Shown piece by piece: positions 1 through 12,600 of a stretch of DNA of 64,000 nt. The stretch's first letter is position 1. Every line of letters begins with the position of its first letter. The stretch is taken from contig NIVC01002635.1 in NCBI GenBank assembly GCA_002269645.1, positions 90,264 through 154,263 of the forward strand. The letters are read 5' to 3'. The stretch is from Macrostomum lignano (Eukaryota). The notes beneath the pieces were generated by a model. The model had not been told where the DNA came from. It saw only the letters and a list, made by a program, of their open reading frames with translations, and made no database searches. Both the position numbers and the translations under genes were made by a program.

Positions 1-925
1 TGTCTCTGTCGTTGCCACCCGGTCGCAGAGATGCTGACATGACCCACGAATCTTGACGATCAGATACTGAGCTTTCATTTTTATTTCGATCCAAGGCTCT
101 TACGGTCTTATTCCGACAAACGTTGCTGAAGTGGTTTTGCTTTCCGCAAGATTTGCACGTCTTGCCATATGCAGGGCATGAACCTTTCTTGTGTTTCTTA
201 CCACAGAATGAGCAACCCTCCGACTTTCCTACCATCGGCTTTCCATTGGACCCAAACCTTTTGTTCGGTCGTCTCTCCTTGTACTTGAAATCTGGTCTGC
301 CTGTTGAGCGAGGCTTCACAACAGAATTGACTTCTTTCTGGATGTATTTCGAAGTCTCTCCGGAGGTGTTTCCCGTCATGATCCGCACTTGGGTCTTTGA
401 TGATTCACTTGCACGGCAGATAGATATAGCCTTATCTAGCGTCAACTCCTGCTCACGTAGAAGCCGTTCTCGCAACTCTGTGTCTCTGATTCCGAGGACA
501 ATCTGATCTCTAATTATTGATTCGTTCACCGTCAATTCGTAGGCTGGCTTCTCGAATGAGCATGTCTTGATAAGTTGTTTCAGGCCGCTAACGAATGAGT
601 CAATGCTCTCATGCTCGTTCTGCCTGCGTTGCCGAAATTTGTAGCGCTCGAAAGTTTCGTTCGCACTCGGCTTGCAATATTCTTCGAACAGTTTCGTCAC
701 TTTCGACAGCTCTTCGTCTCCTTCCGATTTCTCGAAAGTTGAATAAATCTCACGACCTTCTTCTCCGATGGCTGTTAGCAGTGTCGCTATTTGCACTTTA
801 GCCGGTGATTCGTCACGCTTGGTTGCAGTCATATAGAGCTCGAACGCAGAAATCCATTTACTCCAGTTTTCCGCCTTGTGCTCATCAAAGCAGAATGGCT
901 TTGGGGGTTTGAGCCCGCCATCCAT
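1..925 (-). CDS. gag: Gag (start of gag-pol), partial; absent from the ORF track because no stop lies in the window
   Basis: Hand translation from ATG 925: MDGGLKPPKPFCFDEHKAENWSKWISAFELYM...QIATLLTAIGEEGREIYSTF...NETFERYKFRQRRQNEHESIDSFVSGLKQLIKTCSF...IIRDQIVLGIRDTELRERLLREQELTLDKAISICRA...CSFCGKKHKKGSCPAYGKTCKSCGKQNHFSNVCR. This carries the CCHC zinc knuckle and the Mag-clade gag pattern. Confidence 0.92.
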   Translation of the reverse strand, partial: MDGGLKPPKPFCFDEHKAENWSKWISAFELYMTATKRDESPAKVQIATLLTAIGEEGREIYSTFEKSEGDEELSKVTKLFEEYCKPSANETFERYKFRQRRQNEHESIDSFVSGLKQLIKTCSFEKPAYELTVNESIIRDQIVLGIRDTELRERLLREQELTLDKAISICRASESSKTQVRIMTGNTSGETSKYIQKEVNSVVKPRSTGRPDFKYKERRPNKRFGSNGKPMVGKSEGCSFCGKKHKKGSCPAYGKTCKSCGKQNHFSNVCRNKTVRALDRNKNESSVSDRQDSWVMSASLRPGGNDRD

Positions 926-994
926 TTGAATCCAGATCCAGTTGAGCACAGTACTGCGTTTGACAATTCAAATCCAGAGCTCTTCACAAGTGCA

Positions 995-1006
995 ACTCTG
1001 ACACCA
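995..1006 (-). promoter_or_regulatory. Primer-binding site of the LTR element (probably tRNA-Leu type)
   Basis: Minus strand TGGTGTCAGAGT directly after the LTR-terminal CA; it resembles the complement of a tRNA-Leu 3' end (TGGTGTCAGAAG). Confidence 0.75.
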
Positions 1007-1059
1007 TGTTGTGTTGCGACACAGAAGTCTAATGTTTCCAGATGCTTGTAGGGACATAG

Positions 1060-1265
1060 TTTGTTTTAATAAGTTAAAATATCCGGAAAAATTATTTAGA
1101 ATTTAAAACAGTATCATGCACAGGGTGTGCGAGATTGAGTGAGTGCTGACCGGGTGCGCCTTCACCTCTGCAGTGCAGCATTGCATCATTCGCCTTCACC
1201 TCACTAATGCAGCATTGCATCACTCGCCTTCACCTCACTAATGCAGCATTGCATCATTCGCCTTG
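1060..1265. repeat. Dispersed repeat with about 3 copies of a 34-bp unit; related to 28552-29405
   Basis: Shares TAAGTTAAAATATCCGGAAAAATTATT.AGAATTTAAAAC and the unit CTTCACCTCACTAATGCAGCATTGCATCACTCGC with the 28.6 kb locus. Confidence 0.85.
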
Positions 1266-2370
1266 AAAATTTCATTTGATAAAGCTTCTGTTAAGCTTTT
1301 AGCTTTTTGAGCTTTGATAAACAATTCTGTATGTACATTCGAGTTTTTAGGTCTGGAGTCTTCTTGATAGCCGATAAATTTCAGCTTATAATTTTCAAGT
1401 TTTAATACCGAAATAAATCAAAGTAAGTCTTTTTTGCAGCGCTGTGCTCGGGTGCACTGATGAGCAACCTCTGGCTCTCAGTCAAGGGTGCCCGGCACTG
1501 CACTGCAACGCGTTTCTTTCTCTCTGCGCCCTCTAAACTGCTAACTTGTTTGTGCCCACCCAATCTTCTCTGCCCCTCTAAGTTGTTTACACACCAGACC
1601 TGCGACCGCCCGCCCCACTCCCCCATTCTGCTGTGATTGGCTGACCGGCCCCCAGCTGTCAACACCCAGCTGCCTGTGCTCTCTTCTGCCTTCTCATTGG
1701 CTGCTGGTTTTCGTGTAATTTTGGACCTTGTTTGAGCTCGTGGGTCTTCAGACCCTGGGGCTAAAAGTCAATGAACCCAAATATAAGATGTGTGGGCAGC
1801 CGGCTGAGCATGTGCCTGTTGATTGTGGGTAATTGCGCGTGTCTGCTCGTTTGCTTCGAGGGTGACCCTGCATATTGTACGGGACAGTCATAGGGACGGA
1901 CTGACCACGTCTCTCGAAGTCATAGAGACGAACGATCAGATTCCGAAGTTAGTCTAGCCAGGGCGACTGACTCCATCAAGTGCTCACTGCTCTGAATTTC
2001 TTGGGAATAACTGGCAAGCACACGATCGGTTTAACGGTCGCGTCACAACACCAGCAAACTGCGTTTTCCCAGTAGAAGATACCCGTCAGAAATTGTATTG
2101 CGCTTCCGCTGCTACTGATGGTCTTTGCAGCATCTGAAACGTCCGAAATGCATCGAGAAATACGTCAGGGACCCTGTCTCCGTTTTACCATGTTTTCATT
2201 CCACAACAAAATCCAAAAATCTAAATGATAAAAGCAGATAGTATACTTTGTTCCTCAGAAAAATGGTAGGCCGGTAAAGTAGGAATACATTGTCGAAATC
2301 TGTACTTTTATTTTCTCATTTATTTTCTTTAAATCCAGTGAATGTTTGATTGTCTCTCGGATACTGGAAA

Positions 2371-3736
2371 GTGCTAGTCAGTGCCAGTCAGTGCCAGTCA
2401 GTGCCAGTCAGTGCCAGTCAGTGCCAGTCAGTGCCAGTCAGTGCCAGTCAGTGCCAGTCAGTGCCAGTCAGTGCCAGTCAGTGCCAGTCAGTGCCAGTCA
2501 GTGCCAGTCAGTGCCAGTCAGTGCCAGTCAGTGCCAGTCAGTGCCAGTCAGTGCCAGTCAGTGCCAGTCAGTGCCAGTCAGTGCCAGTCAGTGCCAGTCA
2601 GTGCCAGTCAGTGCCAGTCAGTGCCAGTCAGTGCCAGTCAGTGCCAGTCAGTGCCAGTCAGTGCCAGTCAGTGCCAGTCAGTGCCAGTCAGTGCCAGTCA
2701 GTGCCAGTCAGTGCCAGTCAGTGCCAGTCAGTGCCAGTCAGTGCCAGTCAGTGCCAGTCAGTGCCAGTCAGTGCCAGTCAGTGCCAGTCAGTGCCAGTCA
2801 GAGCCAGTCAGTGCCAGTCAGTGCCAGTCAGTGCCAGTCAGTGCCAGTCAGTGCCAGTCAGTGCCAGTCAGTGCCAGTCAGTGCCAGTCAGTGCCAGTCA
2901 GTGCCAGTCAGTGCCAGTCAGTGCCAGTCAGTGCCAGTCAGTGCCAGTCAGAGCCAGTCAGAGCCAGTCAGAGCCAGTCAGTGCCAGTCAGTGCCAGTCA
3001 GTGCCAGTCAGTGCCAGTCAGTGCCAGTCAGAGCCAGTCAGTGCCAGTCAGAGCCCGTTAGAGCCAGTCAGTGCCAGTCAGTGCCAGTCAGTGCCAGTCA
3101 GTGCCAGTCAGAGCCCGTTAGAGCCAGTCAGTGCCAGTCAGTGCCAGTCAGAGCCAGTCAGTGTCAGTCAGAGCCAGTTAGAGCCAGTCAGTGCCAGTTA
3201 GAGCCAGTCAGAGCCAGTCAGAGCCAGTCAGTGCCAGTTAGAGCCAGTCAGTGCCAGTTAGAGCCAGTCAGAGCCAGTTAGAGCCAGTCAGTGCCAGTTA
3301 GAGCCAGTCAGTGCCAGTCAGTGCCAGTCAGAGCCAGTTAGAGCCAGTCAGTGCCAGTTAGAGCCAGTCAGTGTCAGTCAGAGCCAGTCAGAGCCAGTTA
3401 GAGCCAGTCAGTGCCAGTTAGAGCCAGTCAGAGCCAGTTAGAGCCAGTCAGTGCCAGTTAGAGCCAGTCAGAGCCAGTTAGAGCCAGTCAGTGCCAGTTA
3501 GAGCCAGTCAGTGCCAGTTAGAGCCAGTCAGTGCCAGTCAGAGCCAGTTAGAGCCAGTCAGTGCCAGTCAGAGCCCGTTAGAGCCAGTCAGTGCCAGTCA
3601 GTGCCAGTCAGAGCCAGTCAGTGTCAGTCAGAGCCAGTCAGAGCCAGTCAGAGCCAGTCAGTGCCAGTTAGAGCCAGTCAGAGCCAGTCAGTGTCAGTCA
3701 GAGCCAGTCAGAGCCAGTCAGTGCCAGTCAGTGCTA
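2371..3736. repeat. 10-bp tandem repeat (GTGCCAGTCA)n, about 136 units
   Basis: Direct reading; variants GAGCCAGTCA, GAGCCAGTTA and GAGCCCGTTA accumulate towards the right. Confidence 0.98.
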
Positions 3737-4289
3737 ATTGATAGACTTGGGACACAACACACTGTGATTCGCACGAAAAACAGTGCAAAAATTACTACTT
3801 ACAATACAAAAGCGCGATTCTTCTCGGCTTCAGGTACTGAGAAATAAGCAAAAGAAATACACTCGTAGATATAAATTTAGTTCAGCAAGCCAAAATTGAT
3901 AAGTTTACAAAAAGAGAAATCCGAAGTTATTGAAAATTCTCCAAATCTGTCAACAAGCAGCCAGCATCTTGCTGCTATTAAAAGATCGCAGTTTATGATC
4001 GATATGCGAAACAGCGAGCAGGTGATGTGCAGTTTCCCATTTAAGACGCCCAGCCCCCAAGCGTGCGTCCTGAAGGCTCCGACGCGATAGACTGACTCAG
4101 TAAGACTGGCAACCTTACTTCCAACTCTGCGGACCCTTCAGAGATGACCAGTCAGTCTCTCAGCGCCCTGTGAACGCGGATCTGTCGGCCTCAGTCAGCC
4201 GCTCCAGAACACATGGATGCAACAAATCCAGGCCGGTACTCCGGACACTTCCTTCAGCACATTGACTGCCTGAGCTGCAGACAGCTAGA

Positions 4290-5543
4290 CAGCTGATTAT
4301 CGCATTGGGAACAGAAGCAGCTGGGAGACAAGGACAGCTGATTATCGCATTGGGAACAGAAGCAGCTGGGAGACAAGGACAGCTGGTTATCGCATTGGGA
4401 ACAGAAGCAGCTGGGAGACAAGGACAGCTGATTATCGCATTGGGAACAGAAGCAGCTGGGAGACAAGGACAGCTGATTATCGCATTGGGAACAGAAGCAG
4501 CTGGGAGACAAGGAAAGCTGATTATCGCATTGGGAACAGAAGCAGCTGGGAGACAAGGACAGCTGATTATCGCATTGGGAACAGAAGCAGCTGGGAGACA
4601 AGGACAGCTGATTATCGCATCGGGAACAGAAGCAGCTGGGAGACAAGGACAGCTGATTATCGCATTGGGAACAGAAGCAGCTGGGAGACAAGGACAGCTG
4701 GTTATCGCATTGGGAACAGAAGCAGCTGGGAGACAAGGACAGCTGATTATCGCATTGGGAACAGAAGCAGCTGAGAGACAAGGACAGCTGATTATCGCAT
4801 TGGGAACAGAAGGAGCTGGGAGACAAGGACAGCTGATTATCGCATTGGGAACAGAAGCAGCTGAGAGACAAGGAAAGCTGATTATCGCATTGGGAACAGA
4901 AGCAGCTGGGAGACAAGGACAGCTGATTATCGCATTGGGAACAGAAGCGGCTGGGAGACAAGGACAGCTGATTATCGCATTGGGAACAGAAGCAGCTGGG
5001 AGACAAGGACAGCTGATTATCGCATTGGGAACAGAAGCAGCTGGGAGACAAGGACAGCTGATTATCGCATTGGGAACAGAAGCAGCTGGGAGACAAGGAC
5101 AGCTGATTATCGCATTGGGAACAGAAGCAGCTGGGAGACAAGGACAGCTGATTATCGCATTGGGAACAGAAGCAGCTGGGAGACAAGGACAGCTGATTAT
5201 TGCATTGGGAACAGAAGCAGCTGGGAGACAAGGAAAGCTGATTATCGCATTGGGAACAGAAGCAGCTGGGAGACAAGGACAGCTGATTATCGCATTGGGA
5301 ACAGAAGCAGCTGGGAGACAAGGACAGCTGATTATCGCATTGGGAACAGAAGCAGCTGGGAGACAAGGACAGCTGATTATCGCATTGGGAAGAGAAGCAG
5401 CTGGGAGACAAGGACAGCTGATTATCGCATTGGGAACAGAAGCAGCTGGGAGACAAGGACAGCTGATTATCGCATTGGGAACAGAAGCAGCTGGGAGACA
5501 AGGACAGCTGATTATCGCATTGGGAACCGAAGCAGCTGGGAGA
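4290..5543. repeat. 45-bp minisatellite, about 28 units
   Basis: Unit CAGCTGATTATCGCATTGGGAACAGAAGCAGCTGGGAGACAAGGA; has a stop-free frame on each strand. Confidence 0.98.
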
Positions 5544-6584
5544 GGAGAAGAGAGGAAGAGAAGAGAGTGACATGAAGATGGGAATACAAAGATTAATCCA
5601 ATGCATATTTCAATGCTTCTGCTCTTTCACCGATAAAACTACAACAAGTTTTAGAAAATGCCGTCTCAGCGAGTTTCATCTCAGATTTCAGCTTCTCAAA
5701 TCCTGAATCGCGCGTAAGTCGGTCTTGGCTGATGATGAGTAGCCATGGCGCGTTGCAGTTACCAGAGGCGCACAATTCAACCAAAGCGTACCTGTACAGT
5801 CTGTTACAGGTAGTTACCAAGTACACAGACTGCCTAGAGGCTGCCAAGTTCAGTCCGAACGTTTTTAAAGTTCTCTCCTTTCTAGCTGGATCATCGCAAG
5901 GGACTTGAGATGATTAAGAATTATCAATAATTATGTTAGTAACTACTGAGAGTAGCATGCCAGTCACCTTGCAGCTTCCTTTCTACTAGAATTGTTTAAT
6001 TTTCATGGCCTCAGCTGCTCAGATCAGGTGACATCGGCCTCTGTAACCGGTTTCTCTGGCAGTTGCGCACATCATTAACTGAACTTCCATTTTGGCAAAG
6101 AGACAAAAATAGAAATTAAATCTCTGTGAGCGGTTCGAGCACTGCATTGTGAGGCCAGACGTCTCTCCTCACAAACTGCTTGCTTTCTTATTTAACACTG
6201 CGGTGAACCCTTGAAACACGAGGGCTGAGAGAAATCTTATTTATGACAGCCACTGACGCAACAAAATAAAATATTGCAGTTTTGCCTCTCTGGGCAATTT
6301 GCAGACGATGCGCTTGAGACAAAAAAGCCTCAGTTTAAACTGAGCCAAGGCTGCGGCCCGCGCTCTCTCTGCGTTCGGTGGCGAGATGGTCAGAGATTTT
6401 TCAGCTCTTGCGTTCTCATTGGATTATGAGAACAGAACCTCTGTTTCATTGAACACAGTGTCACCTGTACAAACCTGTTCAGCTCAGGTGAGCAGTGCGA
6501 GATGAGCATAGCAGCGGGGTTTGGGGCTGCGAGTTTGTTGTGAACTTGCAGAACGTTTTGCTCATGCTTTGTTTTTCCCCTCAG

Positions 6585-6657
6585 TCTGCTATTAAAAGAA
6601 GGATAATTGGCTACTCAGGGTCTGGTGGGGCAGCTGATGGCTGGAGATTAGAGTCAG
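6585..6657 (+). other. Putative internal exon of an unidentified gene, overlapping the first satellite unit
   Basis: Preceded by a GTGAGC...TTTGTTTTTCCCCTCAG intron (6488-6584) and followed by CAG|GTGAGC; open frame SAIKRRIIGYSGSGGAADGWRLES. No homology recognised. Confidence 0.35.
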
Positions 6658-9600
6658 GTGAGCAGATGAGGATAATTGGCTACTCAGGGTCTGGTGGGGC
6701 AGCTGATGGCTGGAGATGAGAGTCAGGTGAGCAGATGAGGATAATTGGCTACTCAGGGTCTGGTGGGGCAGCTGATGGGCGGAGATGAGGATAATTGGCT
6801 ACTCAGGGTCTGGTGGGGCAGCTGATGGCTGGAGATGAGAGTCAGGTGAGCAGATGAGGATAATTGGCTACTCAGGGTCTGGTGGGGCAGCTGATGGCTG
6901 GAGATGAGAGTCAGGTGAGCAGATGAGGATAATTGGCTACTCAGGGTCTGGTGGGGCAGCTGATGGCTGGAGATTAGAGTCAGGTGAGCAGATGAGGATA
7001 ATTGGCTACTCAGGGTCTGATGGGGCAGCTGATGGCTGAAGATGAGAGTCAGGTGAGCAGATGAGGATAATTGGCTACTCAGGGTCTGGTGGGGCAGCTG
7101 ATGGCTGGAGATTAGAGTCAGGTGAGCAGATGAGGATAATTGGCTACTCAGGGTCTGATGGGGCAGCTGATGGCTGGAGATGAGAGTCAGGTGAGCAGAT
7201 GAGGATAATTGGCTACTCAGGGTCTGGTGGGGCAGCTGATGGCTGGAGATGAGAGTCAGGTGAGCAGATGAGGATAATTGGCTACTCAGGGTCTGGTGGG
7301 GCAGCTGATGGCTGGAGATGAGAGTCAGGTGAGCAGATGAGGATAATTGGCTACTCAGGGTCTGGTGGGGCAGCTGATGGCTGGAGATGAGAGTCAGGTG
7401 AGCAGATGAGGATAATTGGCTACTCAGGGTCTGGTGGGGCAGCTGATGGGCGGAGATGAGGATAATTGGCTACTCAGGGTCTGGTGGGGCAGCTGATGGC
7501 TGGAGATGAGAGTCAGGTGAGCAGATGAGGATAATTGGCTACTCAGGGTCTGGTGGGGCAGCTGATGGCTGGAGATGAGAGTCAGGTGAGCAGATGAGGA
7601 TAATTGGCTACTCAGGGTCTGGTGAGGCAGCTGATGGGCGGAGATGAGGATAATTGACTACTCAGGGTCTGGTGGGGCAGCTGATGGCTGGAGATGAGAG
7701 TCAGGTGAGCAGATGAGGATAATTGGCTACTCAGGGTCTGGTGGGGCAGCTGATGGCTGGAGATGAGAGTCAGGTGAGCAGATGAGGATAATTGGCTACT
7801 CAGGGTCTGGTGGGGCAGCTGATGGCTGGAGATGAGAGTCAGGTGAGCAGATGAGGATAATTGGCTACTCAGGGTCTGGTGGGGCAGCTGATGGCTGGAG
7901 ATGAGAGTCAGGTGAGCAGATGAGGATAATTGGCTACTCAGGGTCTGGTGGGGCAGCTGATGGCTGGAGATGAGAGTCAGGTGAGCAGATGAGGATAATT
8001 GGCTACTCAGGGTCTGGTGGGGCAGCTGATGGCTGGAGATGAGAGTCAGGTGAGCAGATGAGGATAATTGGCTACTCAGGGTCTGGTGGGGCAGCTGATG
8101 GGCGGAGATGAGAGTCAGGTGAGCAGATGAGGATAATTGGCTACTCAGGGTCTGGTGGGCAGCTGATGGCTGGAGATTAGAGTCAGGTGAGCAGATGAGG
8201 ATAATTGGCTACTCAGGGTCTGGTGGGGCAGCTGATGGCTGGAGATGAGAGTCAGGTGAGCAGATGAGGATAATTGGCTACTCAGGGTCTGGTGGGGCAG
8301 CTGATGGCTGGAGATGAGAGTCAGGTGAGCAGATGAGGATAATTGGCTACTCAGGGTCTGGTGGGGCAGCTGATGGCTGGAGATGAGAGTCAGGTGAGCA
8401 GATGAGGATAATTGGCTACTCAGGGTCTGGTGGGGCAGCTGATGGCTGGAGATGAGAGTCAGGTGAGCAGATGAGGATAATTGGCTACTCAGGGTCTGGT
8501 GGGGCAGCTGATGGCTGGAGATGAGAGTCAGGTGAGCAGATGAGGATAATTGGCTACTCAGGGTCTGGTGGGGCAGCTGATGGCTGGAGATGAGAGTCAG
8601 GTGAGCAGATGAGGATAATTGGCTACTCAGGGTCTGGTGGGGCAGCTGATGGCTGGAGATGAGAGTCAGGTGAGCAGATGAGGATAATTGGCTACTCAGG
8701 GTCTGGTGGGGCAGCTGATGGCTGGAGATGAGAGTCAGGTGAGCAGATGAGGATAATTGGCTACTCAGGGTCTGGTGGGGCAGCTGATGGCTGGAGATGA
8801 GAGTCAGGTGAGCAGATGAGGATAATTGGCTACTCAGGGTCTGGTGGGGCAGCTGATGGCTGGAGATGAGAGTCAGGTGAGCAGATGAGGATAATTGGCT
8901 ACTCAGGGTCTGGTGGGGCAGCTGATGGCTGGAGATGAGAGTCAGGTGAGCAGATGAGGATAATTGGCTACTCAGGGTCTGGTGGGGCAGCTGATGGCTG
9001 GAGATGAGAGTCAGGTGAGCAGATGAGGATAATTGGCTACTCAGGGTCTGGTGGGGCAGCTGATGGGCGGAGATGAGAGTCAGGTGAGCAGATGAGGATA
9101 ATTGGCTACTCAGGGTCTGGTGGGGCAGCTGATGGCTGGAGATGAGAGTCAGGTGAGCAGATGAGGATAATTGGCTACTCAGGGTCTGGTGGGGCAGCTG
9201 ATGGCTGGAGATTAGAGTCAGGTGAGCAGATGAGGATAATTGGCTACTCAGGGTCTGGTGGGGCAGCTGATGGCTGAGATGAGAGTCAGGTGAGCAGATG
9301 AGGATAATTGGCTACTCAGGGTCTGGTGGGGCAGCTGATGGCTGGAGATGAGAGTCAGGTGAGCAGATGAGGATAATTGGCTACTCAGGGTCTGGTGGGG
9401 CAGCTGATGGCTGGAGATGAGAGTCAGGTGAGCAGATGAGGATAATTGGCTACTCAGGGTCTGGTGGGGCAGCTGATGGCTGGAGATGAGAGTCAGGTGA
9501 GCAGATGAGGATAATTGGCTACTCAGGGTCTGGTGGGGCAGCTGATGGCTGGAGATGAGAGTCAGGTGAGCAGATGAGGATAATTGGCTACTCAGGGTCT

Positions 9601-12600
9601 GGTGGGGCAGCTGATGGCTGGAGATGAGAGTCAGGTGAGCAGATGAGGATAATTGGCTACTCAGGGTCTGGTGGGGCAGCTGATGGCTGGAGATGAGAGT
9701 CAGGTGAGCAGATGAGGATAATTGGCTACTCAGGGTCTGGTGGGGCAGCTGATGGCTGGAGATGAGAGTCAGGTGAGCAGATGAGGATAATTGGCTACTC
9801 AGGGTCTGGTGGGGCAGCTGATGGCTGGAGATGAGAGTCAGGTGAGCAGATGAGGATAATTGGCTACTCAGGGTCTGGTGGGGCAGCTGATGGCTGGAGA
9901 TGAGAGTCAGGTGAGCAGATGAGGATAATTGGCTACTCAGGGTCTGGTGGGGCAGCTGATGGCTGGAGATGAGAGTCAGGTGAGCAGATGAGGATAATTG
10001 GCTACTCAGGGTCTGGTGGGGCAGCTGATGGCTGGAGATGAGAGTCAGGTGAGCAGATGAGGATAATTGGCTACTCAGGGTCTGGTGGGGCAGCTGATGG
10101 CTGGAGATGAGAGTCAGGTGAGCAGATGAGGATAATTGGCTACTCAGGGTCTGGTGGGGCAGCTGATGGCTGGAGATGAGAGTCAGGTGAGCAGATGAGG
10201 ATAATTGGCTACTCAGGGTCTGGTGGGGCAGCTGATGGCTGGAGATGAGAGTCAGGTGAGCAGATGAGGATAATTGGCTACTCAGGGTCTGGTGGGGCAG
10301 CTGATGGCTGGAGATGAGAGTCAGGTGAGCAGATGAGGATAATTGGCTACTCAGGGTCTGGTGGGGCAGCTGATGGCTGGAGATGAGAGTCAGGTGAGCA
10401 GATGAGGATAATTGGCTACTCAGGGTCTGGTGGGGCAGCTGATGGCTGGAGATGAGAGTCAGGTGAGCAGATGAGGATAATTGGCTACTCAGGGTCTGGT
10501 GGGGCAGCTGATGGCTGGAGATGAGAGTCAGGTGAGCAGATGAGGATAATTGGCTACTCAGGGTCTGGTGGGGCAGCTGATGGGCGGAGATGAGGATAAT
10601 TGGCTACTCAGGGTCTGGTGGGGCAGCTGATGGCTGGAGATGAGAGTCAGGTGAGCAGATGAGGATAATTGGCTACTCAGGGTCTGGTGGGGCAGCTGAT
10701 GGCTGGAGATGAGAGTCAGGTGAGCAGATGAGGATAATTGGCTACTCAGGGTCTGGTGGGCAGCTGATGGCGGAGATGAGGATAATTGGCTACTCAGGGT
10801 CTGGTGGGGCAGCTGATGGCTGGAGATGAGAGTCAGGTGAGCAGATGAGGATAATTGGCTACTCAGGGTCTGGTGGGGCAGCTGATGGCTGGAGATGAGA
10901 GTCAGGTGAGCAGATGAGGATAATTGGCTACTCAGGGTCTGGTGGGGCAGCTGATGGCTGGAGATGAGAGTCAGGTGAGCAGATGAGGATAATTGGCTAC
11001 TCAGGGTCTGGTGGGGCAGCTGATGGCTGGAGATGAGAGTCAGGTGAGCAGATGAGGATAATTGGCTACTCAGGGTCTGGTGGGGCAGCTGATGGCTGGA
11101 GATGAGAGTCAGGTGAGCAGATGAGGATAATTGGCTACTCAGGGTCTGGTGGGGCAGCTGATGGCTGGAGATGAGAGTCAGGTGAGCAGATGAGGATAAT
11201 TGGCTACTCAGGGTCTGGTGGGGCAGCTGATGGCTGGAGATGAGAGTCAGGTGAGCAGATGAGGATAATTGGCTACTCAGGGTCTGGTGGGGCAGCTGAT
11301 GGCTGGAGATGAGAGTCAGGTGAGCAGATGAGGATAATTGGCTACTCAGGGTCTGGTGGGGCAGCTGATGGCTGGAGATGAGAGTCAGGTGAGCAGATGA
11401 GGATAATTGGCTACTCAGGGTCTGGTGGGGCAGCTGATGGCTGGAGATGAGAGTCAGGTGAGCAGATGAGGATAATTGGCTACTCAGGGTCTGGTGGGGC
11501 AGCTGATGGCTGGAGATGAGAGTCAGGTGAGCAGATGAGGATAATTGGCTACTCAGGGTCTGGTGGGGCAGCTGATGGCTGGAGATGAGAGTCAGGTGAG
11601 CAGATGAGGATAATTGGCTACTCAGGGTCTGGTGGGGCAGCTGATGGCTGGAGATGAGAGTCAGGTGAGCAGATGAGGATAATTGGCTACTCAGGGTCTG
11701 GTGGGGCAGCTGATGGCTGGAGATGAGAGTCAGGTGAGCAGATGAGGATAATTGGCTACTCAGGGTCTGGTGGGGCAGCTGATGGCTGGAGATGAGAGTC
11801 AGGTGAGCAGATGAGGATAATTGGCTACTCAGGGTCTGGTGGGGCAGCTGATGGCTGGAGATGAGAGTCAGGTGAGCAGATGAGGATAATTGGCTACTCA
11901 GGGTCTGGTGGGGCAGCTGATGGCTGGAGATGAGAGTCAGGTGAGCAGATGAGGATAATTGGCTACTCAGGGTCTGGTGGGGCAGCTGATGGCTGGAGAT
12001 GAGAGTCAGGTGAGCAGATGAGGATAATTGGCTACTCAGGGTCTGGTGGGGCAGCTGATGGCTGGAGATGAGAGTCAGGTGAGCAGATGAGGATAATTGG
12101 CTACTCAGGGTCTGGTGGGGCAGCTGATGGCTGGAGATGAGAGTCAGGTGAGCAGATGAGGATAATTGGCTACTCAGGGTCTGGTGGGGCAGCTGATGGC
12201 TGGAGATGAGAGTCAGGTGAGCAGATGAGGATAATTGGCTACTCAGGGTCTGGTGGGGCAGCTGATGGCTGGAGATGAGAGTCAGGTGAGCAGATGAGGA
12301 TAATTGGCTACTCAGGGTCTGGTGGGGCAGCTGATGGCTGGAGATGAGAGTCAGGTGAGCAGATGAGGATAATTGGCTACTCAGGGTCTGGTGGGGCAGC
12401 TGATGGCTGGAGATGAGAGTCAGGTGAGCAGATGAGGATAATTGGCTACTCAGGGTCTGGTGGGGCAGCTGATGGCTGGAGATGAGAGTCAGGTGAGCAG
12501 ATGAGGATAATTGGCTACTCAGGGTCTGGTGGGGCAGCTGATGGCTGGAGATGAGAGTCAGGTGAGCAGATGAGGATAATTGGCTACTCAGGGTCTGGTG

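Larger units (their letters stand above)
1..1056 (-). mobile_element. 5' part of a Ty3/Gypsy (Mag-like) LTR retrotransposon, running off the left edge
   Basis: On the minus strand, an LTR-like end (...ACAACA) is followed directly by a TGG primer-binding site and then an open gag frame starting at 925. Confidence 0.88.

Noticed and set aside
1457-1464. Hammerhead ribozyme core CTGATGAG
   Set aside because: No downstream GAAA or closing stems; the CTGATGG in the 69-bp unit also lacks the core.
2346-3847. ORFs of 226-311 aa (SASQCQSVPV repeats)
   Set aside because: All three frames are open only because the 10-bp unit lacks stops; variants introduce TAG freely.
5593-5847. 84-aa minus ORF with a protein-like tail (GFEKLKSEMKLAETAF...)
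   Set aside because: Splice-like signals on both strands conflict and no homology was recognised; cannot be supported.
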